64,000 bases of DNA from assembly GCA_029856155.1 (NCBI GenBank), contig JAHQWL010000040.1:32001-96000 (forward strand), given 5' to 3'. A program made the translations under genes and the position numbers. The DNA comes from Promethearchaeia archaeon (GTDB lineage: Archaea; Asgardarchaeota; Lokiarchaeia; Sigyniarchaeales; SOKP01). Below the pieces are notes generated by a model. It searched no databases. It was not told the DNA's origin and saw only the letters and a program-made list of their open reading frames with translations. Each line of letters opens with the position of its first letter. The first letter of the stretch is position 1. Positions 38,766 through 48,979 of this stretch are shown here, one piece after another.

Positions 38766-39855
38766 TTAAATCACTTATCAATTTGTCTTTTTCAAATGGA
38801 ATAAAAATATCATCTAAAATTGATCCATTAGCTTCTCTAATTTTTAAATTACTAATAATAGGTTCAAATCTACCACCCAATAATCCATTGGCTATAAAAG
38901 CTGCACCCTGAGCAGCACGTTTTGCTATTTGACTAAATGAATTCATTATTCTTACAGGAGCAACATCAATTAAACCACGAATCATTTTCTCTCGAATATA
39001 TGCTAAATTTGATCCTCGGCCCGCCAATAATACTTCTTTAATTTTTTCTTTGGATGAAAATGACGAAGATATTCCAAAAACAGCTTTTTTTACGCTTGAT
39101 AAGTAAGCTTTTAGAGCAATCTTTGTTTGTTCATCCTTCTCAGCTAAAAGTGTAATTTCTTTCAAACTCAAATCGGAATAACCAGAAATATAGGCTACTC
39201 CACCTTTATATATATTTTTTTTATGAATATTTTTAATTAGATAGGCTAATTCTCCATCAAGACTGCCACAAGCTCTAAAACCCATTATGTTACTTCCTCC
39301 AATTCCATCTATTATTTGGCCATTTTCAATTGCTAAAACTGCTGTAAATCCATAACCTATCTCCACCATAATAAAATTTGTATTTTCCGGACCAACTTTA
39401 AATCTTTCCATCTGGTCTTTAATTCCAGTAACAGCAGTGCAAATCTTATCTGCTGTACCCATATCGATTTTATTAATTTTTCGATATTTTGGAACAGTAG
39501 GTAGATGCTTAACTCCAGGTACAATGATACCAGGTATCTTTTGAGCTTTTATTAATCTTAGAACTTCACCAAGTCCAACCAATTTATCTTTTTCTTTCTG
39601 ATCAAATTTTAATAATGTAAAAAAAATATCTTGCTCTGTTAACTCTTGTACATTTTTTAAAGGAAGCCCAAACCCACTTGGAGCAACCATTAGATCAATA
39701 TTTTTTACAGAATTAATTATAGTAATAGCTTTCTGAGGATTCGCAATTAGTTCTTTAGTGGGTAAAGATGTGTCAAGAATTGTTTTATTATCCTCAATAC
39801 CGAAGAAATCCCACGATAAACTACCAGGATCTATGCCTAGAACTCGATAAATCAT
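38761..39855 (-). CDS. DUF1464-like ASKHA-fold protein (associated with C1 cofactor clusters)
   Basis: GIDPG, APSGFG, NKIDMGTADK, DGIGG, LDGE.AY, AAQGAA. Confidence 0.8.
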   Translation of the reverse strand: MIYRVLGIDPGSLSWDFFGIEDNKTILDTSLPTKELIANPQKAITIINSVKNIDLMVAPSGFGLPLKNVQELTEQDIFFTLLKFDQKEKDKLVGLGEVLRLIKAQKIPGIIVPGVKHLPTVPKYRKINKIDMGTADKICTAVTGIKDQMERFKVGPENTNFIMVEIGYGFTAVLAIENGQIIDGIGGSNIMGFRACGSLDGELAYLIKNIHKKNIYKGGVAYISGYSDLSLKEITLLAEKDEQTKIALKAYLSSVKKAVFGISSSFSSKEKIKEVLLAGRGSNLAYIREKMIRGLIDVAPVRIMNSFSQIAKRAAQGAAFIANGLLGGRFEPIISNLKIREANGSILDDIFIPFEKDKLISDLN

Positions 39856-40076
39856 TTCAAAGATTAAATATATTAATGCTTTTTATAAGATTCTATAATT
39901 CTTTTTATATTCTATTTTTTTTTAATAATTGCATTTAACTTTTAAAATTTTTAGAAATTAAGTTAAAACTATAAAAACTGTGAAAATTTTTAATAATTTA
40001 ATCTAAATTTGAAATCTTATACTAAGTTGTAAGAAAATAATAGGAAAAAAATTAATTATAAAAGTGGTGAAAAAAG

Positions 40077-40607
40077 ATTTTTGTTAAAGTATTTGTATGT
40101 AAAATATGTGGAGAAGCATATATTGGAGAAGAAGCCCCAAGTCGATGCCCTTTTTGTGGCGCATTTAAAAAATATTTTGTAGAATCGACAGAATATGATG
40201 ACGCTGGTGCTTGGGATGTTGAATTAAACGAAACCGATAAGACTAATGTAGAAAAAGCTTTAGAAGTCGAAATATCGAACAATATCTTTTATAAATGTGC
40301 AAGTAATAAAACTCCAGAATTAGATGGTCAAAAGATATTTAAAATCCTTGCTAAAGTGGAAGGTGAACATGCTTCTGTTTGGAAGAAAATTTTAAAGTTA
40401 GACAAAATAGAATTTCCAAAATATGACAAATGTGCGGCTAAATATAATCCAAACCTAAAGGAATCTCATAGCAGAGAGGACAGAGCAATAAAATTTTACG
40501 GGCAAGCTGCTGCTGATGCTCAAAATTCAAGAGTGAAAGAAATTTTTCAAGCTTTTGTAGAAGTCGAAACAGACCATCTTCATCTCTCTGAAGCAAGACT
40601 TAAATAA
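40077..40607 (+). CDS. Rubrerythrin-like protein (N-terminal rubredoxin plus ferritin-like domain)
   Basis: VFVCKICG...PSRCPFCGA in frame with EGEHA, E..A..FY, ETDH; only ATT/GTT starts available after TGA at 40068. Confidence 0.85.
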   Translation: MFVKVFVCKICGEAYIGEEAPSRCPFCGAFKKYFVESTEYDDAGAWDVELNETDKTNVEKALEVEISNNIFYKCASNKTPELDGQKIFKILAKVEGEHASVWKKILKLDKIEFPKYDKCAAKYNPNLKESHSREDRAIKFYGQAAADAQNSRVKEIFQAFVEVETDHLHLSEARLK

Positions 40608-40791
40608 ATTAAGTCTTTCTATTTTTTTTTAGTTTATTAAAATTAATATTCGCTTTGGAAATTATTGTTATTAAAAATAAATTGAAAATTTAAAACGTTA
40701 GTTAGTTTAAATAAAATTAAGAGAAGATCTCTTAAATTAATAAGAGACTTAAAATTATTTATTATTAATCAGATTAAATAGGTTCAAAGTC

Positions 40792-43296
40792 ATGAGTAAA
40801 ACCAATGTAAATTATTCTGACCAAAAAAGGGAGACAAAATTCCCTATTGCTGAATCTCATGGTCTTTCTCCTCGATCTAAATGGCTTAGAGATTATTACT
40901 TTAGGGGACTAGAGCGAGAATGGAATAATCAATTTATGCCATTTACAACTGGAACAGATTGGGATATCGTGTTTCATGAGGGAGATTGGTATATTAATCC
41001 TGAAGTATATTACTATATCCAAGTATTAGGAAAAAATGATAAAGGTGTATTTGCATCATCATATAGATCAATGGCTATACCAGTTGAATTGCCAGATAAT
41101 TTTTGGGAATTATCTCTACCAGAACGTAGAGTCACCTTTCTCGAAAAAGTTATGCTTGATTATATTCCTCACGAAATTATTTCTGAAAATGATTTAATTG
41201 CAGGTGGGAGATTTAATACTCAATTAAGCAGATGCTTTAATGAGGAAGAAGCAAAAGAATATTGGAAGAAAAATGTAAGAAATAGAGAAGCTGTTTTTAA
41301 GTACCATAAATCTGGATTTGGAAATCTAGGAGCAGTTCCAGGTCATATTATACCTGATTATGAAACTGTAGTTAAAAAAGGATTTAAATATATCTATGAA
41401 AAAGCTCGCAAAACCTATGATGAACTTACAGAAGAGGAAAAAATTGGACCAAAAGGAGGAGAACTCAGAGCAATCATGACTGCAGCTAAAATTCCAAAGA
41501 AATTAGCAAAGAAATATGCTGAAGAGAGCCGAAGATTAAAAACTGAAACTAATAATCCTAAGAAAGCTGAAGAACTTGAACAAATGGCAATGAATTTAGA
41601 AAAAGTACCATGGGAGCCTGCTGAGACTTTTTGGCAAGGAGTTCAAACAGTTTGGCTAACTCATATGTTAGTAATGGCTGAAGAATCATACCCTGGAGCA
41701 GGCCTCTCTTTTGGTAGAATTGATCAGTATCTATGGGATTTATATAAAAAAGATGTTATTAAGCAAAAAACATTCAGTAAAGAATTTGCAAAAGACATAT
41801 TAAGCAGTTTCTGGTTTCATTGTAATACTGTGTATGATGCAATGATTAGAGTTGGTAATCAGGGATTATTATCAGGATTCGGTCAAATTATAACACTTTC
41901 TGGATGTGGTTCAAATGGAGATGATTTAACAAATGAACTTACTTACACTATGCTTGAAGTCATAGATTCATGGTATCCGAGTCTTGAGCCTAAACCTAAC
42001 GTAAGAATTCATAGAAATTCTCCAGAAAGACTTTTGGATATATTAATAGATATGATTGCGAGAGCTCAAGGAGCTCAATTCATTCTGAATTTTGACGAGA
42101 GAAGTATTGCTGGAATGGTTAAAGAAGGTATACCTAAAGAAGAAGCTTGGAATTATGGAGTAGTAGGTTGCCTAGAAAATACTATGCAAGGTAATGATAG
42201 AAGCGGAACTGTAAATTGCAATCCTAATTTATCTAAATCTATTGAATTAACATTATGGAATGGTAAAAATATGCCTAGAAATGATATTGTTACTAAACCT
42301 GGCGAACAAATCGGACCAGAAACAGGAAATCCTGAAGATTTTCAATCATGGGAAGAATTTTATAACGCTTGGAAAGGACAGGTTGAATTTATTATTAGAT
42401 ATACTGTGGATATAAATAATTTATGCGAAGAACTTCGAGGTGATTTTATTCGCACTCCATACCTATCTTCGATCGTTCGAGGATGTATAGAGCAAGGTTT
42501 AGATATTATAAATGGAGGTCCTGAATTGAGATTTATTACTGTTGAAGGAGTGGGATATGCTACGACAGTTGATTCATTACTATCAATTAAGAAGCTTGTA
42601 TATGAGGATAAAAAATACACAATAGCACAAATCAAAAATTCCATTATGAATGACTTTAAAGGAAACGAGGTAATGCAAACTTACTTAATGAATAAAGCTC
42701 CTAAATATGGGAATGATGAAGATGATGTTGATGAATTTTCTAAAATGGTAATGGAAACATGGGCTGAAGAATGTTGGAAATATAAAACACCAACCAACTA
42801 TCAATATCGTCCAGGAATGTTATCATGGAACTACTGGGCTGGAGCAGACGCTAGTTATACAATAGCAACACCAAATGGACGGAATAAGGGATCATTTCTA
42901 TCAAATGCAATCTGTCCTACCAATGGAGCTGATAAAAAAGGGCCTACAGCAGTTACTAATTCTATTGGTAAAGTATTAGGAGGAAAAACTGAATCTGGAG
43001 AATACCTTAATTATTTACCCAATGGAGCAAGCCATACAATTACTTTTAATCCGTCTATAATTAAAGATCCAGAACATAAAGAGAAATTTAAAGCTTATTT
43101 ACGAGGATACATTGAAAATGGAGGGACTTCGTTACAAGTTAATATGCTTGATGCTGAAATGTTGAAGGACGCTCAAAAACATCCCGAAAATTATAAGAAT
43201 CTTTTAGTTAGAGTAACGGGTTATAATGCATATTTCACCACCATAGGTAGAGAATTACAGGATGAGATAATTGCAAGAGAATCTCATAGAATTTAG
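40792..43296 (+). CDS. Glycyl radical enzyme (PFL2-like)
   Basis: GRIDQY, GCLEN (single Cys), RVTGY. Confidence 0.92.
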   Translation: MSKTNVNYSDQKRETKFPIAESHGLSPRSKWLRDYYFRGLEREWNNQFMPFTTGTDWDIVFHEGDWYINPEVYYYIQVLGKNDKGVFASSYRSMAIPVELPDNFWELSLPERRVTFLEKVMLDYIPHEIISENDLIAGGRFNTQLSRCFNEEEAKEYWKKNVRNREAVFKYHKSGFGNLGAVPGHIIPDYETVVKKGFKYIYEKARKTYDELTEEEKIGPKGGELRAIMTAAKIPKKLAKKYAEESRRLKTETNNPKKAEELEQMAMNLEKVPWEPAETFWQGVQTVWLTHMLVMAEESYPGAGLSFGRIDQYLWDLYKKDVIKQKTFSKEFAKDILSSFWFHCNTVYDAMIRVGNQGLLSGFGQIITLSGCGSNGDDLTNELTYTMLEVIDSWYPSLEPKPNVRIHRNSPERLLDILIDMIARAQGAQFILNFDERSIAGMVKEGIPKEEAWNYGVVGCLENTMQGNDRSGTVNCNPNLSKSIELTLWNGKNMPRNDIVTKPGEQIGPETGNPEDFQSWEEFYNAWKGQVEFIIRYTVDINNLCEELRGDFIRTPYLSSIVRGCIEQGLDIINGGPELRFITVEGVGYATTVDSLLSIKKLVYEDKKYTIAQIKNSIMNDFKGNEVMQTYLMNKAPKYGNDEDDVDEFSKMVMETWAEECWKYKTPTNYQYRPGMLSWNYWAGADASYTIATPNGRNKGSFLSNAICPTNGADKKGPTAVTNSIGKVLGGKTESGEYLNYLPNGASHTITFNPSIIKDPEHKEKFKAYLRGYIENGGTSLQVNMLDAEMLKDAQKHPENYKNLLVRVTGYNAYFTTIGRELQDEIIARESHRI

Positions 43297-43350
43297 TAAT
43301 TTTTATTTATTTTCCAATTATTATTAAAACTAAAGAAAAAATTTAAGATT

Positions 43351-44352
43351 ATGGCATTATCTGAAGCTTTAATCTTCCAAATTCAGAAATTTTCAACTGA
43401 AGATGGTCCAGGAATCAGAACAACTGTGTTTTTTAAACATTGTCCATTAAAATGCATATGGTGCCATAATCCTGAATCTATACTTAAAATTCCTCAACTT
43501 GAATGGTTTAAACATAAATGTATTGGATGTAATACATGCATAGAAACATGCCAACAAAAAGCATTATCATTTTACAAAAATGGCCTGAATATTGATAGAA
43601 AAAAATGTAATGGATGCGGAGAGTGTGTAGAGGAATGTCCTTCTACGGCATTAAATATGCTAGGTAAATTGTGGAATTTAGAGGATCTCTACTATGAGAT
43701 AGAAAAAGATAAGATTTATTATACTAAATCAAATGGAGGAATAACGGTTTCTGGTGGTGAACCTACCCAACAACCTGATTTTATAACTAATTTTTTGAAA
43801 AAATGTAAAGATAATGGAATACATACTGCTATAGACACATGTGGATATGCATCCAAAATTGTTTATGAACGTATTCTACCTTATGTCGATTTAGTACTTT
43901 TAGATATAAAGCATATAGATTCAGATAAGCATAAAGAGTATACTGGTGTTCCTAATGAAGTAATATTAGAAAATGCCATTTGGATTTCTAATTATTTAAA
44001 AGAAAATGATAAAAAAATGTGGATCAGAACTCCAATTATCCCCCATTATACAGCTACTGATGAAAATGTTAAAGAAATCGGAGAATTCATTGTAAATAGA
44101 TTAGATAATTTTCCTGAAAGATGGGATCTTCTTTCTTTTAATAATCTTTGTAGCTCAAAATATGAAAGATTAGATATGGAATGGTCCTTAAAGGATGAGC
44201 CATTAATGAAAAAAGAAGATATGGAACATTTTCTTAGAATTGCAGAAAGTACAGGTGTTCAAAACTCATGTTGGTCAGGATTGACAAAGAGGTCGGAGGA
44301 TGATGACACTAATACCAATAAAAGTAAAAAATCAACAACACCGTCTTGTTGA
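43351..44352 (+). CDS. Glycyl-radical activating enzyme
   Basis: DGPGIRT, CPLKCIWCHNPE, two ferredoxin motifs, SGGEP. Confidence 0.93.
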   Translation: MALSEALIFQIQKFSTEDGPGIRTTVFFKHCPLKCIWCHNPESILKIPQLEWFKHKCIGCNTCIETCQQKALSFYKNGLNIDRKKCNGCGECVEECPSTALNMLGKLWNLEDLYYEIEKDKIYYTKSNGGITVSGGEPTQQPDFITNFLKKCKDNGIHTAIDTCGYASKIVYERILPYVDLVLLDIKHIDSDKHKEYTGVPNEVILENAIWISNYLKENDKKMWIRTPIIPHYTATDENVKEIGEFIVNRLDNFPERWDLLSFNNLCSSKYERLDMEWSLKDEPLMKKEDMEHFLRIAESTGVQNSCWSGLTKRSEDDDTNTNKSKKSTTPSC

Positions 44353-44397
44353 TAATATCAAATAACAATTTAAATAAATTAAATAACTTGATAAAAT

Positions 44398-45276
44398 ATG
44401 AGTGAAGATAATAGTAAATTTGGTTGGGATTCTGAATTTTCAGATAATCTTATTGCATTTACTCAACCAGAAATAATGGTAAAATTAGTTTCTACAATAG
44501 ATTCAAGGGGTTGGCCCCATATTACAATTATTACATCAAATCGGGCGAAAAGCAGAGATCAAATAGTATGGGGTCAATTTTTTGCAGGTACGAGTAAAGA
44601 AAATGTGCAAAAAAATCCAAAACAAGGAATTTTTTATATGACTCCGGAAGCTCCATTTAAGTTCATTCAAGTTAAAGCTGATTTTACCCATACTAAAAAA
44701 GAAGGTGAAGACCTTGAATATTTCAATCAATTAGATTTTTTCCGATATTTAACTTATATTAATGTTTATAAAGTTTTTTATAACGATCTTGTTGCTGTAA
44801 CCCATATTAGAGATTTGCCACCTGGTAGTATCCCAAGAAAAATTTTTAAAGCTATTATTAAAGAAGCAAAAACTAATCTAGAAGAAAAAAGACTAAATGT
44901 TATAGGGTATAAGCTATTTACAGATAAAATAGGTATAAGAGCGATAGCATATATCGATCCCTCTGATGGGTATCCCGTAGTTATTCCGCATCTTCAACTA
45001 AATGCTGTTGATCACAATAGACTCTATTTCCCATTGACAGCATTAAAAGAGGATTTTTTAAAGATTCCTGTTAATTCAAAAGTTGCTGTAATTGCCGCTA
45101 ATTTCGATATGGCTAGCCAAGTAGTGAAAGGAACCTTTACAGGTATTCAATCAGTTGAAGATATCGAATATGGATTAATAGATATTGAAGAGATTTATAA
45201 TAGTTCTCCACCTATAGTTGGTAAAATTTATCCTGAAATTGAAACAAGACCTAAGGTAAATAAATTTACTCTTTAA
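44398..45276 (+). CDS. Tandem pyridoxamine-phosphate-oxidase-like (split barrel) protein
   Basis: STIDSRGWPHIT..SKENVQKNP, with a second repeat AYIDPSDGYPVV. Confidence 0.65.
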   Translation: MSEDNSKFGWDSEFSDNLIAFTQPEIMVKLVSTIDSRGWPHITIITSNRAKSRDQIVWGQFFAGTSKENVQKNPKQGIFYMTPEAPFKFIQVKADFTHTKKEGEDLEYFNQLDFFRYLTYINVYKVFYNDLVAVTHIRDLPPGSIPRKIFKAIIKEAKTNLEEKRLNVIGYKLFTDKIGIRAIAYIDPSDGYPVVIPHLQLNAVDHNRLYFPLTALKEDFLKIPVNSKVAVIAANFDMASQVVKGTFTGIQSVEDIEYGLIDIEEIYNSSPPIVGKIYPEIETRPKVNKFTL

Positions 45277-45347
45277 ATTTTTTCTTTAGAGAAGAATCTT
45301 AAAAAGATCAAAGAAAAATAATAATATAATCTTATTAACGGATCAAA

Positions 45348-46046
45348 ATGTTTAACTATAAAGATTTTGGGCTAAAAGAAGGTAATCTATATGAAATTAT
45401 AGCCACCACTTATTCTATAGCAAAAAATGGTATGGAAATTAAACCCAATGCTTCTTGTATGGGCATTAGAATGATAGAAGGAGAGCAAATACAAATATCT
45501 CCTTTCTACAGTACTAGTACTTATAAAAATTTGAAGGAGTATAATACAATTGCAATCAATTTTGTTGATGATGTATATTTATTTGCTCTAGCTGCATTAA
45601 AAGAAGCAGAGTCTCCTATTGATTTAACAGAATTTCCCTTAAAATATTATGGTTTTAAAAATATAGAATCTCGTGCTATGGATATGCCATACATAAAAAA
45701 AGCATGGGGAATTCTAATAGGCGAAGCTTCACAAGAATTTCAAAAAACCAAAACCGATAATCTAGGAGAAGTAGTTATACCTATATTTAAATTAGATGTC
45801 ATTTTTACTGAAAAACTTCAAGAAACTCATAAATTGTTTAATAGAGCTGAAAATTTAGCGCTAGAAGCAATAATTCTAACAACTCGCTTGAAGATTGCCA
45901 GAGAAAATCAAAACCAAGCTCTATTTTCTAAGATAAATGAAAAAATAGAAGGATTAATAGAAAATATTGAAAGATTTGGATATAATAAAAGAGCATTAAA
46001 AACTATTAAATTAGTAAAGAACTATATAAATAAATTATTGATTTAA
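45348..46046 (+). CDS. DUF447 family protein
   Basis: YE.IATT, PNA..MG, TY.NL, FNRA..LA.EA.I..TR. Confidence 0.8.
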   Translation: MFNYKDFGLKEGNLYEIIATTYSIAKNGMEIKPNASCMGIRMIEGEQIQISPFYSTSTYKNLKEYNTIAINFVDDVYLFALAALKEAESPIDLTEFPLKYYGFKNIESRAMDMPYIKKAWGILIGEASQEFQKTKTDNLGEVVIPIFKLDVIFTEKLQETHKLFNRAENLALEAIILTTRLKIARENQNQALFSKINEKIEGLIENIERFGYNKRALKTIKLVKNYINKLLI

Positions 46047-46438
46047 TCCTTATTTTGAATTTTTTCAATAAACATTAAAGGATATTCCAATTCATCAACC
46101 CATTCTACTTTTGCTACTACGTGTATAGATTCATATTCAATATTTATTTCTGCTTGTATTATTCTGCCTGTAATCTCATCATAATCAAATTCTGACTGTT
46201 TTTTCCCTAAAACTTTTTCCCTATCTAAATGAATTTTTACAGATTTAACATAAGGTTGGCATGAAATTGCTGATTCAATACCTCTTTCTATCGAATTAAT
46301 TATATTTTCATCACTTTGAATAGGAATTCCACATAGAATATGATATAACGCCCCTAATTTGATACCAGTTTCAAAACAAGCTCTTTCTCTATCACTTAGA
46401 TCAGATGAAAAATAAATTTTATTATTAGTTTTGGGCAT
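46043..46438 (-). CDS. mptD: Archaeal dihydroneopterin aldolase (MptD/DUF372)
   Basis: ERACFE.GIKLGALYH..G.P, QPYV, YPLM. Confidence 0.88.
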   Translation of the reverse strand: MPKTNNKIYFSSDLSDRERACFETGIKLGALYHILCGIPIQSDENIINSIERGIESAISCQPYVKSVKIHLDREKVLGKKQSEFDYDEITGRIIQAEINIEYESIHVVAKVEWVDELEYPLMFIEKIQNKD

Positions 46439-46444
46439 TTATAA

Positions 46445-47455
46445 TCAATCTATAAATTCTATTTTTGCACCTATATTATTAGGTTTACATATATAGATAT
46501 GTCCTCCACTATTTTTCTGATTCTTTTGGACGTCTCTTAATAAAATTTCTGCTTCTGAGTCAGATTCTACAACCCCAACAACACTAGGTCCAAAAGATGA
46601 CATACCGTATGCCTTTAATCCATACTCTTCAAAAAATTTTAAAAGATCTTTGACAATTTCGTGTTGCAAATCAATTTCGATTTTTTTAAATCCAATATTC
46701 TGAATTCTTTTTAATCCTTCTCCAAAACAATATAAATCATTTTTTATAATCCCGGGAATAACCTTCATAATAATTTGGTGAGAAACTTCATTTACTTCAT
46801 CTCTAGGAACTGGTGCATAATTTTGAAAAACACTAACTTCTTCATCTCCATATGCTCCTTTCTTTACATTAGGAATTACTAAGACGAACCTCCAATTTTC
46901 AGGTATATTATACGCAAAAATTGTTAATGCTGGGTTTGCTGAAATTGAAGCGGATGATGGTAAAAAAGTTTCCTTTTCTTTTCCTTTCCCAAAATCGTGT
47001 CCTCCATCTAATATAAAACCTCCTGTTTCAAAACCTCTCCACCCGATTCCAGAGGTACCTCCTCTTTCTACTATTTTTGTTAAATCACTAGTAGTTAAAT
47101 GAGAATAGTTCTTCAATTTCGTTATGGCGGTAGCTATAGCTAAGGATAATTGCGTCTTTGAGCCCAATCCTACGTGGGATGGAAAATATCTTTTAAGATT
47201 GAAGTGAAAGTTTTTATTACTAATATTAAATATTTTAAATACTTTTGAAGCTATTTCATTAATAACTTCAATTGATTCTCGATAATACTTATGAGCTTCA
47301 ATTTTAAATTCTTTAGCACTATTAGACGCTTCAAAAACTACGTTAGGTCGGTCTAACATAAGTCCAATACCGCCGTCTACCCTACCCGTATATCCATTTT
47401 CATCGATTAAAGAAAGATGTATCCGACAAGGCGTAGTTATTCTAAGAGATGTCAT
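46445..47455 (-). CDS. mptG: Beta-ribofuranosylaminobenzene 5'-phosphate synthase (GHMP kinase fold)
   Basis: P.RIH..LID, GRVDGG.G, HVGLGS.TQ, RGGTSGIG, GGFILDGG, GMSSFGP. Confidence 0.9.
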   Translation of the reverse strand: MTSLRITTPCRIHLSLIDENGYTGRVDGGIGLMLDRPNVVFEASNSAKEFKIEAHKYYRESIEVINEIASKVFKIFNISNKNFHFNLKRYFPSHVGLGSKTQLSLAIATAITKLKNYSHLTTSDLTKIVERGGTSGIGWRGFETGGFILDGGHDFGKGKEKETFLPSSASISANPALTIFAYNIPENWRFVLVIPNVKKGAYGDEEVSVFQNYAPVPRDEVNEVSHQIIMKVIPGIIKNDLYCFGEGLKRIQNIGFKKIEIDLQHEIVKDLLKFFEEYGLKAYGMSSFGPSVVGVVESDSEAEILLRDVQKNQKNSGGHIYICKPNNIGAKIEFID

Positions 47456-47571
47456 ATTAGTCTTTTTTAAAAAAACGAATTCTCAACTATAAATAAGAAT
47501 TTTCAAAATAATTTAAATATATGATAAACTTTAATTCAGAGTTTTTAGAGATTTAGAAGGATTTGAGCAAT

Positions 47572-47685
47572 TTGAGCGATTTAGAAGGATTGACTAGGAA
47601 TTTAATAAAAAAAGAATATTCTGAACTAGAAATTCTTCCAAGATTTTTATATCAAAAATTAAAAATACAAAACAATAAAAATTGA
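47572..47685 (+). pseudogene. Truncated, diverged copy of the 5' end of the AIR-synthase-like gene
   Basis: TTG-started MSDLEGLTRNLIKKEYSELEILPR vs MSDLEGLTRRLMEKGFRKEEIILR at 48980 (14/24 identical), then degenerates and stops. Confidence 0.7.
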
Positions 47686-47727
47686 GTAATAATTTAAATT
47701 AATATTAGAAATCATGTGAATAGAATT

Positions 47728-48858
47728 ATGTATGATGTTGTAATTAGTGGAGCTGGTCCATCTGGTTCACATTGTGCTAGAATTATTGCTGAAGCGGGAT
47801 TTAAGGTAGCTTTATTAAAAAAAAATACATAATGGCGAAAACCTTGTGGAGGTTCAGTGTCCTCTGAAATTCTTGCACTATATCCCGAAATAGAAAACTT
47901 AAACATTGCAAAAATCACCGGCACAAAGATTTATTCTGCAAATCTTCATAGTCTCGAACAGAGGCGTACGGATAATTTATATTCTGTAATTGTTGATAGG
48001 TTAGATTTCGATGATTTAATAAGGAACATTGCTGTAGATAAGGGAGCTGAATTATTTGATAAGAATTTATCATATGATTTTGTAATAAAAGAAGGAAAAA
48101 GAATAGGAGTAAAGACAAAAACGCCAGAAGAGATTAAAGAGTATTATGGAAAAATTATTATTCTTGCTGATGGAATGAGTTCAAAATTAGCTATAAAATC
48201 AGGATTGCGTTCAAAATGGGAGCTTAAAGATATCATTGTTAGCAAATGTGCTATAATGGAAGGAGAAAATAAGTTAGATTATAATTTAGGTTATGTTTTT
48301 TTTCAAAGCTATATGGGATATGGTTGGATTTTCCCATTGGGTAAAAAAAGATTCAATATTGGTTGTGGTTCACCTGCTGAGATTGCGTTAAAAGTTAATT
48401 TAAACAAGATGTTTGGTAATTTTATTAATGATCAATACATAAAGACCCATTATCTTACTTCTGATTATAAAACTATTTGGTCAGGATCATATCCACTTGC
48501 TAGAAATGGAATTTTAGAAAAATGTTTGTTCTCTGATAATCTATTGTGTATTGGTGATGTTGCCGGCTTCGTCTCACCTATAACGGGTGAGGGAATTCAT
48601 CAATCTATGCATTCTGCAAAAGCAGCAGCTGAAGTAGCTGTGAATGCTTTGGAAAAGGAAGATTATTCTAAAGATACTCTAAAAGCATATAGAAACCATC
48701 CAGATGTTAAAAATTTAAGAAGAGTTTTTAAATCACTTTTACGTTTAAGAGATTTTTTCTTTGAAGAGAATGGAAAAAATCTAAATGAAATGCTAGAAAG
48801 AGCAGAAAATGACCCCGAATATAGAGAAAAAGCTTTGAATATATTTTTTGCAAAATAA
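47728..48858 (+). pseudogene. Geranylgeranyl-reductase-family flavoprotein with in-frame TAA at 47830-47832
   Basis: MYDVVISGAGPSGS...ALLKKNT*WRKPCGG continues in frame into the 47857 ORF (DRLDFD, ADG, YGWIFP, GDVAG.VSP.TGEGI). Confidence 0.8.
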
Positions 48859-48979
48859 GAATGAAATAAAAGAGATTTCTCTTTTAAAAAAAAATAGATT
48901 TCATGGGGAAATATATTTTATAATCTCTTTATTTAATATAAATTAATATTGATTGATTTATATACAAAAGGTTTTCTTT

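Noticed and set aside
44347-44355. TGT-TGA-TAA at the activase C-terminus as a Cys-Sec motif
   Set aside because: Tandem stops are common in AT-rich DNA (also at 51548-51553), and no SECIS-like structure is visible in the short downstream spacer.
47550-47591. Short direct repeats as a CRISPR array
   Set aside because: Only two 14-nt copies with no spacers or cas genes; explained as micro-duplication of a gene start.
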